Part shown: positions 42,765-53,369 of the stretch, piece after piece
How positions within the stretch are numbered: the first letter of the stretch is position 1
Layout: every line of letters begins with the position of its first letter
Notes under the pieces: model-generated
Database searches by the model: none
The model's input: the letters and a program-made list of their open reading frames with translations, nothing else
What the model was told of the DNA's origin: nothing
Sequence record: MN508614.1
DNA: 64,000 bases
Reading direction: 5' to 3' (one strand)
Source of the DNA: Escherichia phage ES12
Made by a program: the position numbers and the translations under genes

Positions 42765-44942
42765 TTAGGCCGCAAGGGCCTTCATAGTTTTAGCGATTTG
42801 AGAAACTTCATCATCACTTAAAGAGTTGCGATATCCGATGAAGTCGGAAACAATACGGAATTTCTTGGTAAACTCAGCAACCATTTTATCACTGTTTTTT
42901 GAAGCATTATGTGATAATTCATCAAAAAGATTAGTTACTGTCCAGATGTCATGACCGATGGTATCTTTTCCACCATTAAAATATACACCCTGTAATGAAC
43001 TAACCATATTAGCGAGTCGTGTATATTCTTCAGAAACTTCATCTACACTGAAGTACTTCATCATAAAATCTAACTCAGGATACTTGATAATTTTATCAAT
43101 ATATCGTTTAGCTGAACTTGAATAACCTACATACTTATCATAATCTACATCATCAAAAGCATCTACATATAAATCACGCAAAGCTTCAAAAATACATTGG
43201 CACTGACCGAGTTCTTTTACCTTTTTCTGTAAAAGCGGACGAATAACATAAAATTCATTAATGCCAATAAGATTAGCCATACGAATCAAAATATTCATAG
43301 ATGGATGACAAAGCGATGTAGTACCATCCATAGAGAAAATATCAGAACGATGCATATACGCTACATAACCAGTAATTTCATCTGCTTCTGATGTGAGCGT
43401 AAATAATTCCTCTTTTTCCCAGCGTCCGTCTTTAATTTCAAACTTAAATGCTGTAGCAGCTTTAGGACGAGGAGCTTTACTTTTAACTACCTTTGGAATA
43501 TAGCTTTTAACTAAAGCTTCAATTTCTGACAAATAATGAATGTTAACTTCATCACTTTCAAACATCGCCATAATATCAGGAAGTAAATCAATCTGTGATT
43601 CTACTTCTGGGTTAATAAACAGAAGGCGTTCGTTATGATGAATATTCAAAGTGTTATTAAATTCACTATCATCTAACGCACGTGCTAATCCACGGACAAT
43701 ATTAACACGATTTTTAATATTATCAATAACGATATTAATTTTTGTTGCATTAATACCAAACAGACGATAACTTGATGCAACGGCCGAAGTTTCATGGCTT
43801 TGTTTAATTCGTTTCAGTCGAGGGTCAAGATTTACTTCATACACAACCCCCGCGTTGCATAACTTACTATCAGGTTCAAACATGCTTTGCATCTTTTTAT
43901 ATGACAGATTTTTAGTCGTAAATTTGACTGAATTACTAATCATATAATCTCGAGCAGAATACCCCATCTTCATCAATTCACGATATGTGTGACGAGGAGA
44001 TGTAGATTCTTTAAATCGTTTTACATCTTCATTAAATGCTTTCTCACTGAGTTCTTTAACTCGTTCAATGATATTTTTACGAGTGCGATCATCTAGTGAA
44101 AGAGCCTCGCGAGATGGAGCAATATCAAGTGAACCCATTGGAAATTTAATGTAATTCACTTCATTGCGAATGCTTAGCCAGTTACGGTCTCTAATAACAC
44201 CATCGATAGGATAAACAATACCGCCATAGATAGCATATAATCCACCACGATCTGGCCAGTATCTTTCTGGATTTACACCGTAATAGTCATCAAAATCCGG
44301 AAAATAATCAATTTCGCGGTCAAGACCATTAATGATAGCCAAATCTTTGAATGGTCGCATGATATAAGAAACTTCATAAGCAAAGTTTCTAAAGTCTTTT
44401 TCTTCAACTGGAACTACGATTTCAATACCAGTTTTATCATTTGGACCCATTTCTTTTACGAATGTAGGTTTAATCTGTGGACCATCACCATCCATGTAAG
44501 CTACATAACCACGAATTTCACCTTTATGATACGAAGTAATACTAAACGTATCAGTATAACTAAACGGAGATTTAGAACCTAAACCAAATCCGCCAATGAA
44601 ATCGTTAGATTCAGCCTTAGATGAACTGAAGTATGAATTATACAGACCAGGAGAATTATCATCACCTTGAATATCAAAATCACTCATACCCGGACCAAAA
44701 TCTCGACAAACAAATCGTGGGTCTAAACGTCCTGGAACTTGTATGATAAATTTTTCAGGATTTCCATTGAGAGCATGGGCATCAATCATGTTAGTAATCA
44801 ATTCACGGACTACTGCGCGAATCTTGTTTGTATACAAATCAGATGATAGAATTTTAAATACTTTAGGAGATGCTGTGATGCTAAATGCTTTTGATTTAGA
44901 ACCATTGCCAAGAATTGTTTCTTTTTCAGTGGTGATAATCAT
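42765..44942 (-). CDS. rIIA: rIIA rapid-lysis protein, 725 aa (GHKL-type ATPase fold N-terminus)
   Basis: 725-aa [59 protein letters not shown]... Confidence 0.95.
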   Translation of the reverse strand: MIITTEKETILGNGSKSKAFSITASPKVFKILSSDLYTNKIRAVVRELITNMIDAHALNGNPEKFIIQVPGRLDPRFVCRDFGPGMSDFDIQGDDNSPGLYNSYFSSSKAESNDFIGGFGLGSKSPFSYTDTFSITSYHKGEIRGYVAYMDGDGPQIKPTFVKEMGPNDKTGIEIVVPVEEKDFRNFAYEVSYIMRPFKDLAIINGLDREIDYFPDFDDYYGVNPERYWPDRGGLYAIYGGIVYPIDGVIRDRNWLSIRNEVNYIKFPMGSLDIAPSREALSLDDRTRKNIIERVKELSEKAFNEDVKRFKESTSPRHTYRELMKMGYSARDYMISNSVKFTTKNLSYKKMQSMFEPDSKLCNAGVVYEVNLDPRLKRIKQSHETSAVASSYRLFGINATKINIVIDNIKNRVNIVRGLARALDDSEFNNTLNIHHNERLLFINPEVESQIDLLPDIMAMFESDEVNIHYLSEIEALVKSYIPKVVKSKAPRPKAATAFKFEIKDGRWEKEELFTLTSEADEITGYVAYMHRSDIFSMDGTTSLCHPSMNILIRMANLIGINEFYVIRPLLQKKVKELGQCQCIFEALRDLYVDAFDDVDYDKYVGYSSSAKRYIDKIIKYPELDFMMKYFSVDEVSEEYTRLANMVSSLQGVYFNGGKDTIGHDIWTVTNLFDELSHNASKNSDKMVAEFTKKFRIVSDFIGYRNSLSDDEVSQIAKTMKALAA

Positions 44943-44952
44943 AATTTCCTCA

Positions 44953-45156
44953 TTAATTCATATTACGTTTAATAACTTCGGCAACTTCTAGTAGTTCATC
45001 TTTAGTTGCGGTGTCGGATTGAATTTTATCTCTAATATCCTTAAAGCGGTTTTTAAATTCTTCGGCTTCTCCCATATCGAAAAAGCGTTGAATGATTCTA
45101 TATTCTCGATGAACTGCTTTATCAAAAAGTTCTAAATTTACTTTATATGATTTCAT
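44953..45156 (-). CDS. hypothetical protein, 67 aa
   Basis: ORF track; ATG start. Confidence 0.55.
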   Translation of the reverse strand: MKSYKVNLELFDKAVHREYRIIQRFFDMGEAEEFKNRFKDIRDKIQSDTATKDELLEVAEVIKRNMN

Positions 45157-45181
45157 TTCAATATCCTCATTTGCCCAATTA

Positions 45182-45211
45182 ATTATACCACATCCTTGTG
45201 GTAAAGTAAAC
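45182..45211 (-). promoter_or_regulatory. early promoter upstream of the rIIA operon (GTTTAC -35, TATAAT -10)
   Basis: Reverse complement GTTTAC-N18-TATAAT. Confidence 0.5.
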
Positions 45212-47028
45212 TACTGGCTCATCCATTCTTTACGAAGGTCAGCATTATCTCCCATGAGCATTTCAAAAAGCTCTTTCCAATTCTCAGGAAGTTTAACAAC
45301 ATCATATACTGGGTTTTGAATCATCTCACGATATTCAGATTTTTCCAAAGAGCCAAGTCCCTTAATATAACGGATGCTATGTTTAGGTAGAGCATCTTTA
45401 GCACTCTCATATTCAGCGACTGTATAAAACCATTCTTGTTTTTTACCGACCTGAGCGATGATTACAGGAGTTTTGACGAAGCGAATTCTTCCTTGTTCAA
45501 ACAGTTCTGGCCAATTACTAAAAAATCCGAGCAGAGAAGGATAAATGCTTCCTAGACCATCATGGTCAGCATCAGTCATAATAGCGATATTATGATAATT
45601 CAAGTTTTCAGCTTTTTCACCGAGAACTAATCCAGTGATTGCGCAAATATCAAACAGTTCTTTGTTTTTAAGCATGTCAGCATATGACATACCCCAACTG
45701 TTGAGAACTTTACCACGTAATGGATAACCACCGTGAAGTTCTTTATCACGAACATCAATAAGATATCCGATAGCCGAATCACCCTCAGTCAAGAAAAGAG
45801 TAGTATCAGCATCTTTACCACAAAGATTCGCTTTAATATGTTTATGAACCTTAGCTTTAGAAGCCTTTTTAGCTGCTTTAGTTTCTGCTGCTTTTTCTGC
45901 CGCTAATTTACGAGCCAAAGCAGCTTCAATAATCGGCATTAGAATTGCTTCATTATTTAGAATAGCACGTGAAATCTTTTTAGCATCAAGTTGAATATGA
46001 CTACGGATTTCGCCAAATGGAGAAGTCAAACGCTCTTTAGTTTGAGAATCAAATCGCATGTTTTTCATATCACGGACAAACATAACGATAGTCAAACATT
46101 CTTTAACGCGTGCTTTAGTCACATCAATTTTGAACTTACGTTTGATTTGTGGAATAAGGTCTTCACAAATATCATCCATAACACAGTCAATGTGATGGCC
46201 ACCATTCTTAGTGTGAATGTTATTCACATAAGTTAATTGACGAAAACCATCCGGTGAACGACCAACCGCAATAGAGCAATTTTCTTGTTCTTGAACAATA
46301 GCATGCTCATCATATTGGCGTGCATATTTCTTAAAATTGCCCTGAACCTTTTTACCATTAAAGGTAAATTGAATATCAGGATAAACTACTGCAAGTGTCT
46401 GGAGACGATCTAGTGTAATGTCAAGATAAACTTGGGACAGCTCATTAGTTTCAAATGACATAAAATCAGGAATGAAAGTAACACGAGTTCCTTTCCATTT
46501 TCCAGGAATAGTTTCCCATGATTTATTTTCCATGCCATTTGAACAACGAACTACAATATTATTTTGACCATCACCAGTTTCACCAACAAACATCACAGAA
46601 AAAATGTTTGTCAAACTAGAACCAACACCATTCATACCGCCAGTGACACGTTCTTTATCATCGCCAAAGTTACCACCTGCTTTTGGAATAGTCCATGCAG
46701 CAACAGGACCAGGAATTTCTTCACCGGTAGGTGTTTTAACCATCGCCTGCGGAATACCACGACCGTTATCTTCAACTGTTACTTGATTGTTTTTAATAGT
46801 AACATTAATTTTATTTGCGAATTTAAACTTAGTACGAATACCTTCATCTACTGAGTTATCGATAATTTCATCAATAAGCTTAACAAGACCAGGTACATAC
46901 TGAACACTTTCCCATTTACCAAACAGAAAGCGCTCATGCATTTCATTAGCAGAAGAGCCAATATACATGCCGCTACGCTTTTTGATATGTTCAATATCGC
47001 TCAGAATTTTAATTTCATTCTTAATCAT
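45211..47028 (-). CDS. 39: DNA topoisomerase II large (GyrB-like) subunit, unsplit 605 aa
   Basis: From ATG at 47028: MIKNEIKILSDIEHIKKRSGMYIGSS...; C-terminal part (...NIAIMTDADHDGLGSIYPSLLGFFSNWPELFEQGRIRFVKTP...) is the segment encoded separately as gene 60 in T4. Confidence 0.95.
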   Translation of the reverse strand: MIKNEIKILSDIEHIKKRSGMYIGSSANEMHERFLFGKWESVQYVPGLVKLIDEIIDNSVDEGIRTKFKFANKINVTIKNNQVTVEDNGRGIPQAMVKTPTGEEIPGPVAAWTIPKAGGNFGDDKERVTGGMNGVGSSLTNIFSVMFVGETGDGQNNIVVRCSNGMENKSWETIPGKWKGTRVTFIPDFMSFETNELSQVYLDITLDRLQTLAVVYPDIQFTFNGKKVQGNFKKYARQYDEHAIVQEQENCSIAVGRSPDGFRQLTYVNNIHTKNGGHHIDCVMDDICEDLIPQIKRKFKIDVTKARVKECLTIVMFVRDMKNMRFDSQTKERLTSPFGEIRSHIQLDAKKISRAILNNEAILMPIIEAALARKLAAEKAAETKAAKKASKAKVHKHIKANLCGKDADTTLFLTEGDSAIGYLIDVRDKELHGGYPLRGKVLNSWGMSYADMLKNKELFDICAITGLVLGEKAENLNYHNIAIMTDADHDGLGSIYPSLLGFFSNWPELFEQGRIRFVKTPVIIAQVGKKQEWFYTVAEYESAKDALPKHSIRYIKGLGSLEKSEYREMIQNPVYDVVKLPENWKELFEMLMGDNADLRKEWMSQ

Positions 47029-47097
47029 CACTTATCCTCGTTTGGTTTCGGGAATATTATACTCCGGTAATCATAAAGCTAAAGGCCCGAAGGCCTT

Positions 47098-47358
47098 TTA
47101 TTTAAAACGGATAGTCGAATCTTTGAAGAATAGACCAGAACATACTGTTCCTTCTACTTTCTGCCCGGTAGGTCCAATAGCACGAAATCCAGTATGCTGG
47201 AAATCATTTTCAGAGCAACCGAACCAATTATATCCAGTGATTTCAATATTAGTAAAACCGCTTGATGACAAAATTTTGGTTGCATTATCAGTATCAGTAC
47301 ATCCTGCTAAAGACACTGCTAATACTAATGCTGCGATAGAACGATTAATATATTTCAT
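47098..47358 (-). CDS. predicted lipoprotein, ~86 aa
   Basis: Signal peptide + lipobox LAGC (MKYINRSIAALVLAVSLAGCTD); ORF track GTG extension trimmed. Confidence 0.5.
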   Translation of the reverse strand: MKYINRSIAALVLAVSLAGCTDTDNATKILSSSGFTNIEITGYNWFGCSENDFQHTGFRAIGPTGQKVEGTVCSGLFFKDSTIRFK

Positions 47359-47363
47359 AATTT

Positions 47364-47735
47364 TCACTCAAATTTAATGGCTTGAAGGAGACTAATAACT
47401 CTCAAGCGACTTCTTTCATCTTTAACTGTAAAAGAAAGAGGGTCACCAGATTTCATAGTAATAGTACATTCAAAATCAAAATCTTCGGAAACTTCTTTGA
47501 AGAAGTCAAATTCTTCATCATAAATTAGAACATTACTCTGACAACTATGAAGAATTTTTCCATCATTTCCAGATGCTGTACTAATCATTGTAACATTATG
47601 ACCTTTCATATCTTCAACGATAAATTCACTAGTCAATATTACAGCATTAATAGAACTATTCCTATTACTAGCAGAAAGTAGATATTTCTGTTCTTCACCT
47701 TCACGAATGCGATATTTCTTACCGATTTTAAACAT
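47364..47735 (-). CDS. hypothetical protein, 123 aa
   Basis: ORF track; ATG start. Confidence 0.5.
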   Translation of the reverse strand: MFKIGKKYRIREGEEQKYLLSASNRNSSINAVILTSEFIVEDMKGHNVTMISTASGNDGKILHSCQSNVLIYDEEFDFFKEVSEDFDFECTITMKSGDPLSFTVKDERSRLRVISLLQAIKFE

Positions 47736-47737
47736 AA

Positions 47738-47914
47738 TTACCCTTTAAGTAAGTCGTAAAATCCACCATTCACATGCTTAGGAGCGGAAACTAACCGAAT
47801 AGCAATCCGATGACAATCAGGACATACATCAGTATCTCTTTCAGAAATTTTCTTGATTTTTTCGTATTCTTTTGCACAGTCTTCGGATTGGCATTTATAA
47901 TCATAAAGCGGCAT
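47738..47914 (-). CDS. zinc-ribbon small protein, 58 aa
   Basis: Hand-translated MPLYDYKCQSEDCAKEYEKIKKISERDTDVCPDCHRIAIRLVSAPKHVNGGFYDLLKG; two CxxC pairs. Confidence 0.45.
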   Translation of the reverse strand: MPLYDYKCQSEDCAKEYEKIKKISERDTDVCPDCHRIAIRLVSAPKHVNGGFYDLLKG

Positions 47915-47916
47915 AA

Positions 47917-48336
47917 TTATTCCTTAAAGTGAGCTTTCAACATCTGATACAAGGACCATGCTTGTTCATTATTTTCAATAGTAACTTTCATGATCGGGAA
48001 TTCTGTGAAATCTTCTATTTGTTCTTGCTCTTCCTGCTCTTGTTCTTCAGCTGCCTGATATGGATTTTCCACTTCATTAAAGAACTCAGCTTCGCTCGTT
48101 GAAAGCCAAATAAAATCTTCATCCAAAATATCTTTACCGGAGGATAACGCCAATCTTCCAGTAGATGTCACAATTTTAGTAGGACGACCAAGATGGTCAA
48201 TATCTATAACTTTAAAAGGTTCCATACCTAAACGCCGCGCATAGATTCCGTTATCAGTATGGTCTTTAATAAAATTTTCTTGAGCTTGTTTATTTTTAAA
48301 TTGATACCATTTATTAACTTCGAATTTAATAGCCAT
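47917..48336 (-). CDS. hypothetical acidic protein, 139 aa
   Basis: ORF track; ATG start. Confidence 0.5.
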   Translation of the reverse strand: MAIKFEVNKWYQFKNKQAQENFIKDHTDNGIYARRLGMEPFKVIDIDHLGRPTKIVTSTGRLALSSGKDILDEDFIWLSTSEAEFFNEVENPYQAAEEQEQEEQEQIEDFTEFPIMKVTIENNEQAWSLYQMLKAHFKE

Positions 48337-48551
48337 TAATAAATTTCCTTCCAGTAAGTTGTGCCGTCTTCAGTAATTTCACGAAATACACCGTAAATTG
48401 GTTGTTTATCACCGACTTTCTCATACACATAAACTGAAGTCAAGTGAGTAAACTTGACAGTGTGTTCCTTTTGAACTACTACCAAATTTGGATCAAATAA
48501 TACATCTTCAAATTCATCATTAGTGCAGTTCTGAACAATTTTGTGTTTCAT
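48336..48551 (-). CDS. hypothetical protein, ~71 aa
   Basis: ORF track TTG start trimmed to ATG at 48551 preceded by GGAG. Confidence 0.45.
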   Translation of the reverse strand: MKHKIVQNCTNDEFEDVLFDPNLVVVQKEHTVKFTHLTSVYVYEKVGDKQPIYGVFREITEDGTTYWKEIY

Positions 48552-48644
48552 TACATTCTCCAAGTTTCTGTATCAGTAGTTGATATTGATATAGTACCAT
48601 AATCAACTACTGATGTATATAGTTTTATGAAAAAATTTTAAACT

Positions 48645-49136
48645 TTATGCATAGCGAGCTTTGCTGTAGTGTTTAATCCAGCTTTCAGGAATGACTTTGT
48701 ATGTTCCTAAAAATACAACGTTGTACAACTTAACGCCATCTTCTACCCATTGATCAGTAATGTATGCACACATAGCGCGAGTACGGCGAGGAAGGGGTTG
48801 TCCACCTTCGGTAAATTCAAACTCATAAGGAGCAACGAACTTAATAGCTTGACCGAGTTTCCACTTAAAGTCTACACCTACATGCGAAGTATCAATCGTT
48901 TCAATTCCTTTAGCGGGAACAGCTTTCAAAAACGCAGGCTCAAGAAATTTCCATCGAACATAACCAAACTGAGGTTTAGACATTCCATCTTTAGGAATGA
49001 TACGCACTTTTACTTCAGAATCTTCATCTTTAACACCGTGTTTAAGCTGAATGCTTACGACTTCAACCAATTTTCCTGCTGCTTTAGAACGGGATTTATC
49101 AGATACACGAGCCAATTCACCAATATTAATAATCAT
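48645..49136 (-). CDS. hypothetical protein, 163 aa (paralogue A)
   Basis: ORF track; shares C-terminal TDQWVEDGVKLYNVV motif with next ORF. Confidence 0.55.
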   Translation of the reverse strand: MIINIGELARVSDKSRSKAAGKLVEVVSIQLKHGVKDEDSEVKVRIIPKDGMSKPQFGYVRWKFLEPAFLKAVPAKGIETIDTSHVGVDFKWKLGQAIKFVAPYEFEFTEGGQPLPRRTRAMCAYITDQWVEDGVKLYNVVFLGTYKVIPESWIKHYSKARYA

Positions 49137-49212
49137 AGTTATCTCTCACTTGTTAAAAAGATTTTATACTCCACAGGACCATTATACTCTGGTCCCAAGA
49201 GTTTGTAAACTA

Positions 49213-49758
49213 TTAATTCAAAATAGCTACCACCGCACTACGAGGTACTACGCTAAAATCACCTGCATGAACAACGTTCAGAAGTTCAACACCATCTTCA
49301 ATCCACTGGTCTGTTACCCAACCACAGATAGGATTATCAAAAGGACGATGGATAGACACAGCAGCACACAACAGGTCTGTAGGGTCTTGTTCTTCAACTT
49401 CTTGGAACAGGATGAACTCATCTTCATAAACCAGGTTTTTCTTTATTTTGTTATTATCTAACCGGCGACCGTGGATGACGTAAGATTTATCAAACCACTC
49501 ACTTTTGGCAAATTCTTCAACAATAAATTCGCCTTCGCCAAAAACATCAGTCAGAGTTTTATGACCAGAAATCAAGGCATTAGTTTTAATTTTAGGTTCA
49601 ACCAGTTTGTAGGTTTTGCCGATTTCAATAGCGGTAGTCATAGTAGGTTCCTTAATTTCCAGTGGTTTAACAGGGCATACATAAGTGCTTACAACATCAA
49701 AATCAATCAGTTTAGCTACCGGATTTGGTATGTATTCAGGATTATAATTAAATTTCAT
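49213..49758 (-). CDS. hypothetical protein, 181 aa (paralogue B)
   Basis: ORF track; C-terminal TDQWIEDGVELLNVV motif. Confidence 0.55.
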   Translation of the reverse strand: MKFNYNPEYIPNPVAKLIDFDVVSTYVCPVKPLEIKEPTMTTAIEIGKTYKLVEPKIKTNALISGHKTLTDVFGEGEFIVEEFAKSEWFDKSYVIHGRRLDNNKIKKNLVYEDEFILFQEVEEQDPTDLLCAAVSIHRPFDNPICGWVTDQWIEDGVELLNVVHAGDFSVVPRSAVVAILN

Positions 49759-49760
49759 AA

Positions 49761-50261
49761 TTATCTCATTTCAATAAAATCTACGAGTTCAGCATGCGAT
49801 TTGCGGAACATTACTTGGTGCCCACCAATGATAACTTCATCTTCAGGAACTTCGTATACAGCGAGATAAAATCCTTTAGAAGATAATTCTTCCCGCTCTT
49901 CTCGTGTGAACCATCTCATCATATCATACTCACTAGCGAAAGCAAAATGATAAAGAGCTATAAACCATCCTGGAATATGATATTCTACTCCAACATAATC
50001 TTTCTTGAACTTAGTATTAATTACTATATTAGCGTTTTTAACTAATAGTTTATCTTCGTGTGGTAAAGGAATTCTTTTATTATTATCGCTATGATGCATA
50101 AAATTAGGTCTGTCATAACCTACGTGTAATAGCCACTCTTCGCTCCATGAATCTATTATACTCCTGTACGGCGTTATTTGAACACAAAGATTTCGACGTA
50201 TTGTTATAGCATCTTCATAATCAAGAATACTAAACGATGATTCAACACGATAAATTTTCAT
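49761..50261 (-). CDS. hypothetical protein, 166 aa
   Basis: ORF track; ATG start with GAGG RBS. Confidence 0.55.
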   Translation of the reverse strand: MKIYRVESSFSILDYEDAITIRRNLCVQITPYRSIIDSWSEEWLLHVGYDRPNFMHHSDNNKRIPLPHEDKLLVKNANIVINTKFKKDYVGVEYHIPGWFIALYHFAFASEYDMMRWFTREEREELSSKGFYLAVYEVPEDEVIIGGHQVMFRKSHAELVDFIEMR

Positions 50262-50288
50262 TTTATTATCCTCAGTAGCTATGGTGTT

Positions 50289-50318
50289 ATAATACCATAA
50301 CTAACCGAGGAAGTAAAC
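50289..50318 (-). promoter_or_regulatory. early promoter (GTTTAC -35, TATTAT -10)
   Basis: Reverse complement GTTTAC-N18-TATTAT. Confidence 0.45.
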
Positions 50319-50323
50319 AACTT

Positions 50324-51007
50324 TTATCGTTTTGTTGGAAGAGATAGAGGATCGCACTCTTCCTCTGATGGAGCGTCTTCAAGACCCATAGCATATCGCA
50401 AAGCATACTTCATCATCAGAATGTCTTTCGCACAGTCATGAATAGAATCATGCGCAACGAATCCATCTAAAGTTCCCTTTGGAAGAGGACATGTGGTCAT
50501 ATCACGAACAAGCAGAAGTGCTTCAATTCTGGTACGAATATCACGCTGATTCCAAAATTTACATGGTTCTAACTTAAATGTGTCAAGCTCATTCTCAGAT
50601 ACACCATTAAGACGCTGAATATCACGAATGAGATCGACTAAAATTGGAAAATCAAATGACATTCCACGACACCAGCCTTGAGATTTCCAAGGATCGATAT
50701 TATGTGCATTAATGTAATCATTAAATTTTGCAATACCATCGATAGTGCTTACATCTTCATCGGATGGTGCAATATTTTTTCTAGCTTCAGGAGATTGATT
50801 CTTCCACCATTCGATAGTGCTTTTAGTAAAAAGACGATGTCCTTTTTGGCTTTTTAAATCAAACTTGATTTTAATGCCGCGTGAAACTAATTCATCAAAT
50901 GTTTCAACTACTTCTGGATTAGGGTCAAAGGCAATAACAGCCAAATCAATAACAGCTGCCTTTTCACCGCTTCCCATTGTTTCAAAATCTATAATAAAAT
51001 CAAACAT
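50324..51007 (-). CDS. dexA: exonuclease A (DEDD 3'-5' exonuclease), 227 aa
   Basis: MFDFIIDFETMGSGEKAAVIDLAVIAF... DEDD-type motif. Confidence 0.85.
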   Translation of the reverse strand: MFDFIIDFETMGSGEKAAVIDLAVIAFDPNPEVVETFDELVSRGIKIKFDLKSQKGHRLFTKSTIEWWKNQSPEARKNIAPSDEDVSTIDGIAKFNDYINAHNIDPWKSQGWCRGMSFDFPILVDLIRDIQRLNGVSENELDTFKLEPCKFWNQRDIRTRIEALLLVRDMTTCPLPKGTLDGFVAHDSIHDCAKDILMMKYALRYAMGLEDAPSEEECDPLSLPTKR

Positions 51008-51249
51008 TAAATTTTCCTCGCTAAATCGCGAATTTGGCCTACAGTATAGTCTTGAATATAAACTTTATTAATAGGTTCATCAATAAATTTTGCCATAGAT
51101 TCAATATCTTTTTGCATCTCTTCAAGACTGTATATTATCTTTAAAGCTTTTTCGCGAATAGTAATATTTTCAGGACCAGAATTTTTCTCAATGACAGCTT
51201 TAACATTTGTCATAAGAGATTTAAACTGACACCAACTTAATTCAATCAT
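51007..51249 (-). CDS. hypothetical protein, 80 aa
   Basis: ORF track; ATG start. Confidence 0.5.
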   Translation of the reverse strand: MIELSWCQFKSLMTNVKAVIEKNSGPENITIREKALKIIYSLEEMQKDIESMAKFIDEPINKVYIQDYTVGQIRDLARKI

Positions 51250-51502
51250 TAATAATCGCCTTATAAAGATAGCTAATTTCGCCTAAAATATAATCATTGA
51301 TTGTAACAGTTTTCACTTCACCGCAAAAGAATTCTAACGCAATCAAATCTCGTTCAATTTCTTCCAATTGAAGCATTAACTTGCCTGATTCAATTTTCAC
51401 GTTTTTGCGATTTTTACTATAAGCTATTTCATAAATTTCGCTCACTTTATCTTGAAGCAGATAAAACTGGTCTTTAGTTATTTCCACGAATAGCTTCCTC
51501 AA
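51242..51502 (-). CDS. hypothetical protein, 81-86 aa (start uncertain; likely GTG at 51487 after GAGGAA)
   Basis: ORF track start is TTG; no early ATG. Confidence 0.35.
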   Translation of the reverse strand: MRKLFVEITKDQFYLLQDKVSEIYEIAYSKNRKNVKIESGKLMLQLEEIERDLIALEFFCGEVKTVTINDYILGEISYLYKAIIND

Positions 51503-51734
51503 ATTTAATCAGCAGCTTACAGACACTTTCATCTAATGTAATTACCGTGTCTGTATTACTATGATATGATTGTTTTTCAATTCGTTTAATTGCTAGTATA
51601 GTATCACTTATAAGATTAAGTTTATAAAGGAGCTCAGCTCCTGTTACCATAACACTGAGGTTATCTTGCTTATCAGTATGCTTCTTTATACCATCTATTA
51701 GACGATTTAAATATTTTGAATTGATGTTAATCAT
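51474..51734 (-). CDS. hypothetical protein, 86 aa
   Basis: ORF track; ATG start. Confidence 0.5.
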   Translation of the reverse strand: MININSKYLNRLIDGIKKHTDKQDNLSVMVTGAELLYKLNLISDTILAIKRIEKQSYHSNTDTVITLDESVCKLLIKFEEAIRGNN

Positions 51735-51740
51735 ATATCC

Positions 51741-53060
51741 TCACACATAAAACACATCATAACGACCACGAGTAACACCAACATAAAGAAGCTGCTGAGC
51801 TAGTTCAGCGTCTGCATAATGAATACAAGGCGTATAAATGAAAGCACGGTCTACAGACATACCTTGAGCTTTATGGAATGTTGATGCAGGAAGTGCTTTC
51901 ACTTTACTAAACTGTGATTTAGCATCCCAAAAATCACTCCATGGAGCTTTTCCGCCTTTGTTCCAATTTTTATAAGTTTCTGCCGTTTTACCTAAAAATA
52001 GGTTAAACTTATATAACTCTTCATCAGATGAAATTATTTTAATCTTTTCACGATAATATTCATCATCGCCGTAAGTTTCTACTGTTAAATCCCAATGACG
52101 AATTAAGTATTCTCCAGGAACACCACGAGCTTTAACAAACGTCGATGTATACTCTGCTTCTATAATACGAACTAATTGTCCGTTATTAAAAATAATTTCT
52201 GACACAGGCTTTCCATCAATTTTATATGTTTTAATTAATGGTTCCTGCATTACAATAATTTCACCGACAATAAAATCTTTATCAGTTTCAAAAATCTTTT
52301 TACGAATAATGCTATTTAACTTGTCAACAGATTTATTTGTAAATGCCATTACGCGATTTTCAAACAAATCGTCTAGTGATTTTACGATTGAAAAATAATT
52401 TACCATAAAATCGCGTAAAGCGGTATCACCAGTAAATCCACGTACTCCATGGCCGTCAACAACTTTATCATAAATCCACTTACCGTTGCGAACATCAGTA
52501 GCTACATCAATAATAGGAGCATTACTGCGTTTAACTTCAGTGAGTTCACACTGATAAAAATCTTTATGTGTAAAGAATGGACTGATATAAGCAGTATTTT
52601 CTCCTGGGTCAACAGGTCTAATTTGCTTATTATCACCTATTCCAATTATAGTACACCACGGCGGGATAGTTGAAAGCAGAATTTTAAATAGCTTTCTATC
52701 ATACATTGACACTTCATCGCAGATTAATACTCTGCATTTAGCTAAATCCGGTACTTCCTTCTGCTCAAAGAGGACATTTTCTTCATATGTTACTGGGTTA
52801 ATTTTAAGAATGCTATGAATAGTACTTGCTTCTTTCCCTGATAGTTTTGAAAGAATCTTTTTAGCTGCATGAGTAGGAGCTGCTAAAATAATACCAGTTT
52901 CACCCGTAGATATTAAAGCTTCAATGATGAACTTAGTAAGAGTAGTCTTACCGGTACCAGCAGGTCCATTAATAGTTACATGATGTTTCTTTTCTTTAAT
53001 AGCCCTCATAACGATGTTAAAGGCATTTTTCTGGCCTTCTGTCAAATCATCAAATGTCAT
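51741..53060 (-). CDS. dda: Dda DNA helicase (SF1B), 439 aa
   Basis: MTFDDLTEGQKNAFNIVMRAIKEKKHHVTINGPAGTGKTT... Walker A; T4 Dda length. Confidence 0.95.
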   Translation of the reverse strand: MTFDDLTEGQKNAFNIVMRAIKEKKHHVTINGPAGTGKTTLTKFIIEALISTGETGIILAAPTHAAKKILSKLSGKEASTIHSILKINPVTYEENVLFEQKEVPDLAKCRVLICDEVSMYDRKLFKILLSTIPPWCTIIGIGDNKQIRPVDPGENTAYISPFFTHKDFYQCELTEVKRSNAPIIDVATDVRNGKWIYDKVVDGHGVRGFTGDTALRDFMVNYFSIVKSLDDLFENRVMAFTNKSVDKLNSIIRKKIFETDKDFIVGEIIVMQEPLIKTYKIDGKPVSEIIFNNGQLVRIIEAEYTSTFVKARGVPGEYLIRHWDLTVETYGDDEYYREKIKIISSDEELYKFNLFLGKTAETYKNWNKGGKAPWSDFWDAKSQFSKVKALPASTFHKAQGMSVDRAFIYTPCIHYADAELAQQLLYVGVTRGRYDVFYV

Positions 53061-53368
53061 CGGAAAGTCCCTGCAATTGGAATACTAACAATACGCCCAG
53101 TATCTAGAATTCGTTGATATAATCTTTGTGTATCTACATCAGGCTTAACATGTTTAACTTCTATTTTATTAAACCAAAATTTACGTGGAGTCTCAACTAA
53201 TCTTGGAATTCCTTTACCTAAAGCTAGTCGATACTGCTCTTTAAGAGTGGTAAATACTTTATCAGCAATCTTCCATTCAAAAAATACAGCAGGACGATGT
53301 TCATCAAGCGGAACTGGCGCCGTAAATCCGTCTTTGTCTCGGTAAACTATCGCATATACATAAACCAT
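53057..53368 (-). CDS. hypothetical protein, 103 aa
   Basis: ORF track; ATG start. Confidence 0.5.
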   Translation of the reverse strand: MVYVYAIVYRDKDGFTAPVPLDEHRPAVFFEWKIADKVFTTLKEQYRLALGKGIPRLVETPRKFWFNKIEVKHVKPDVDTQRLYQRILDTGRIVSIPIAGTFR

Positions 53369-53369
53369 A

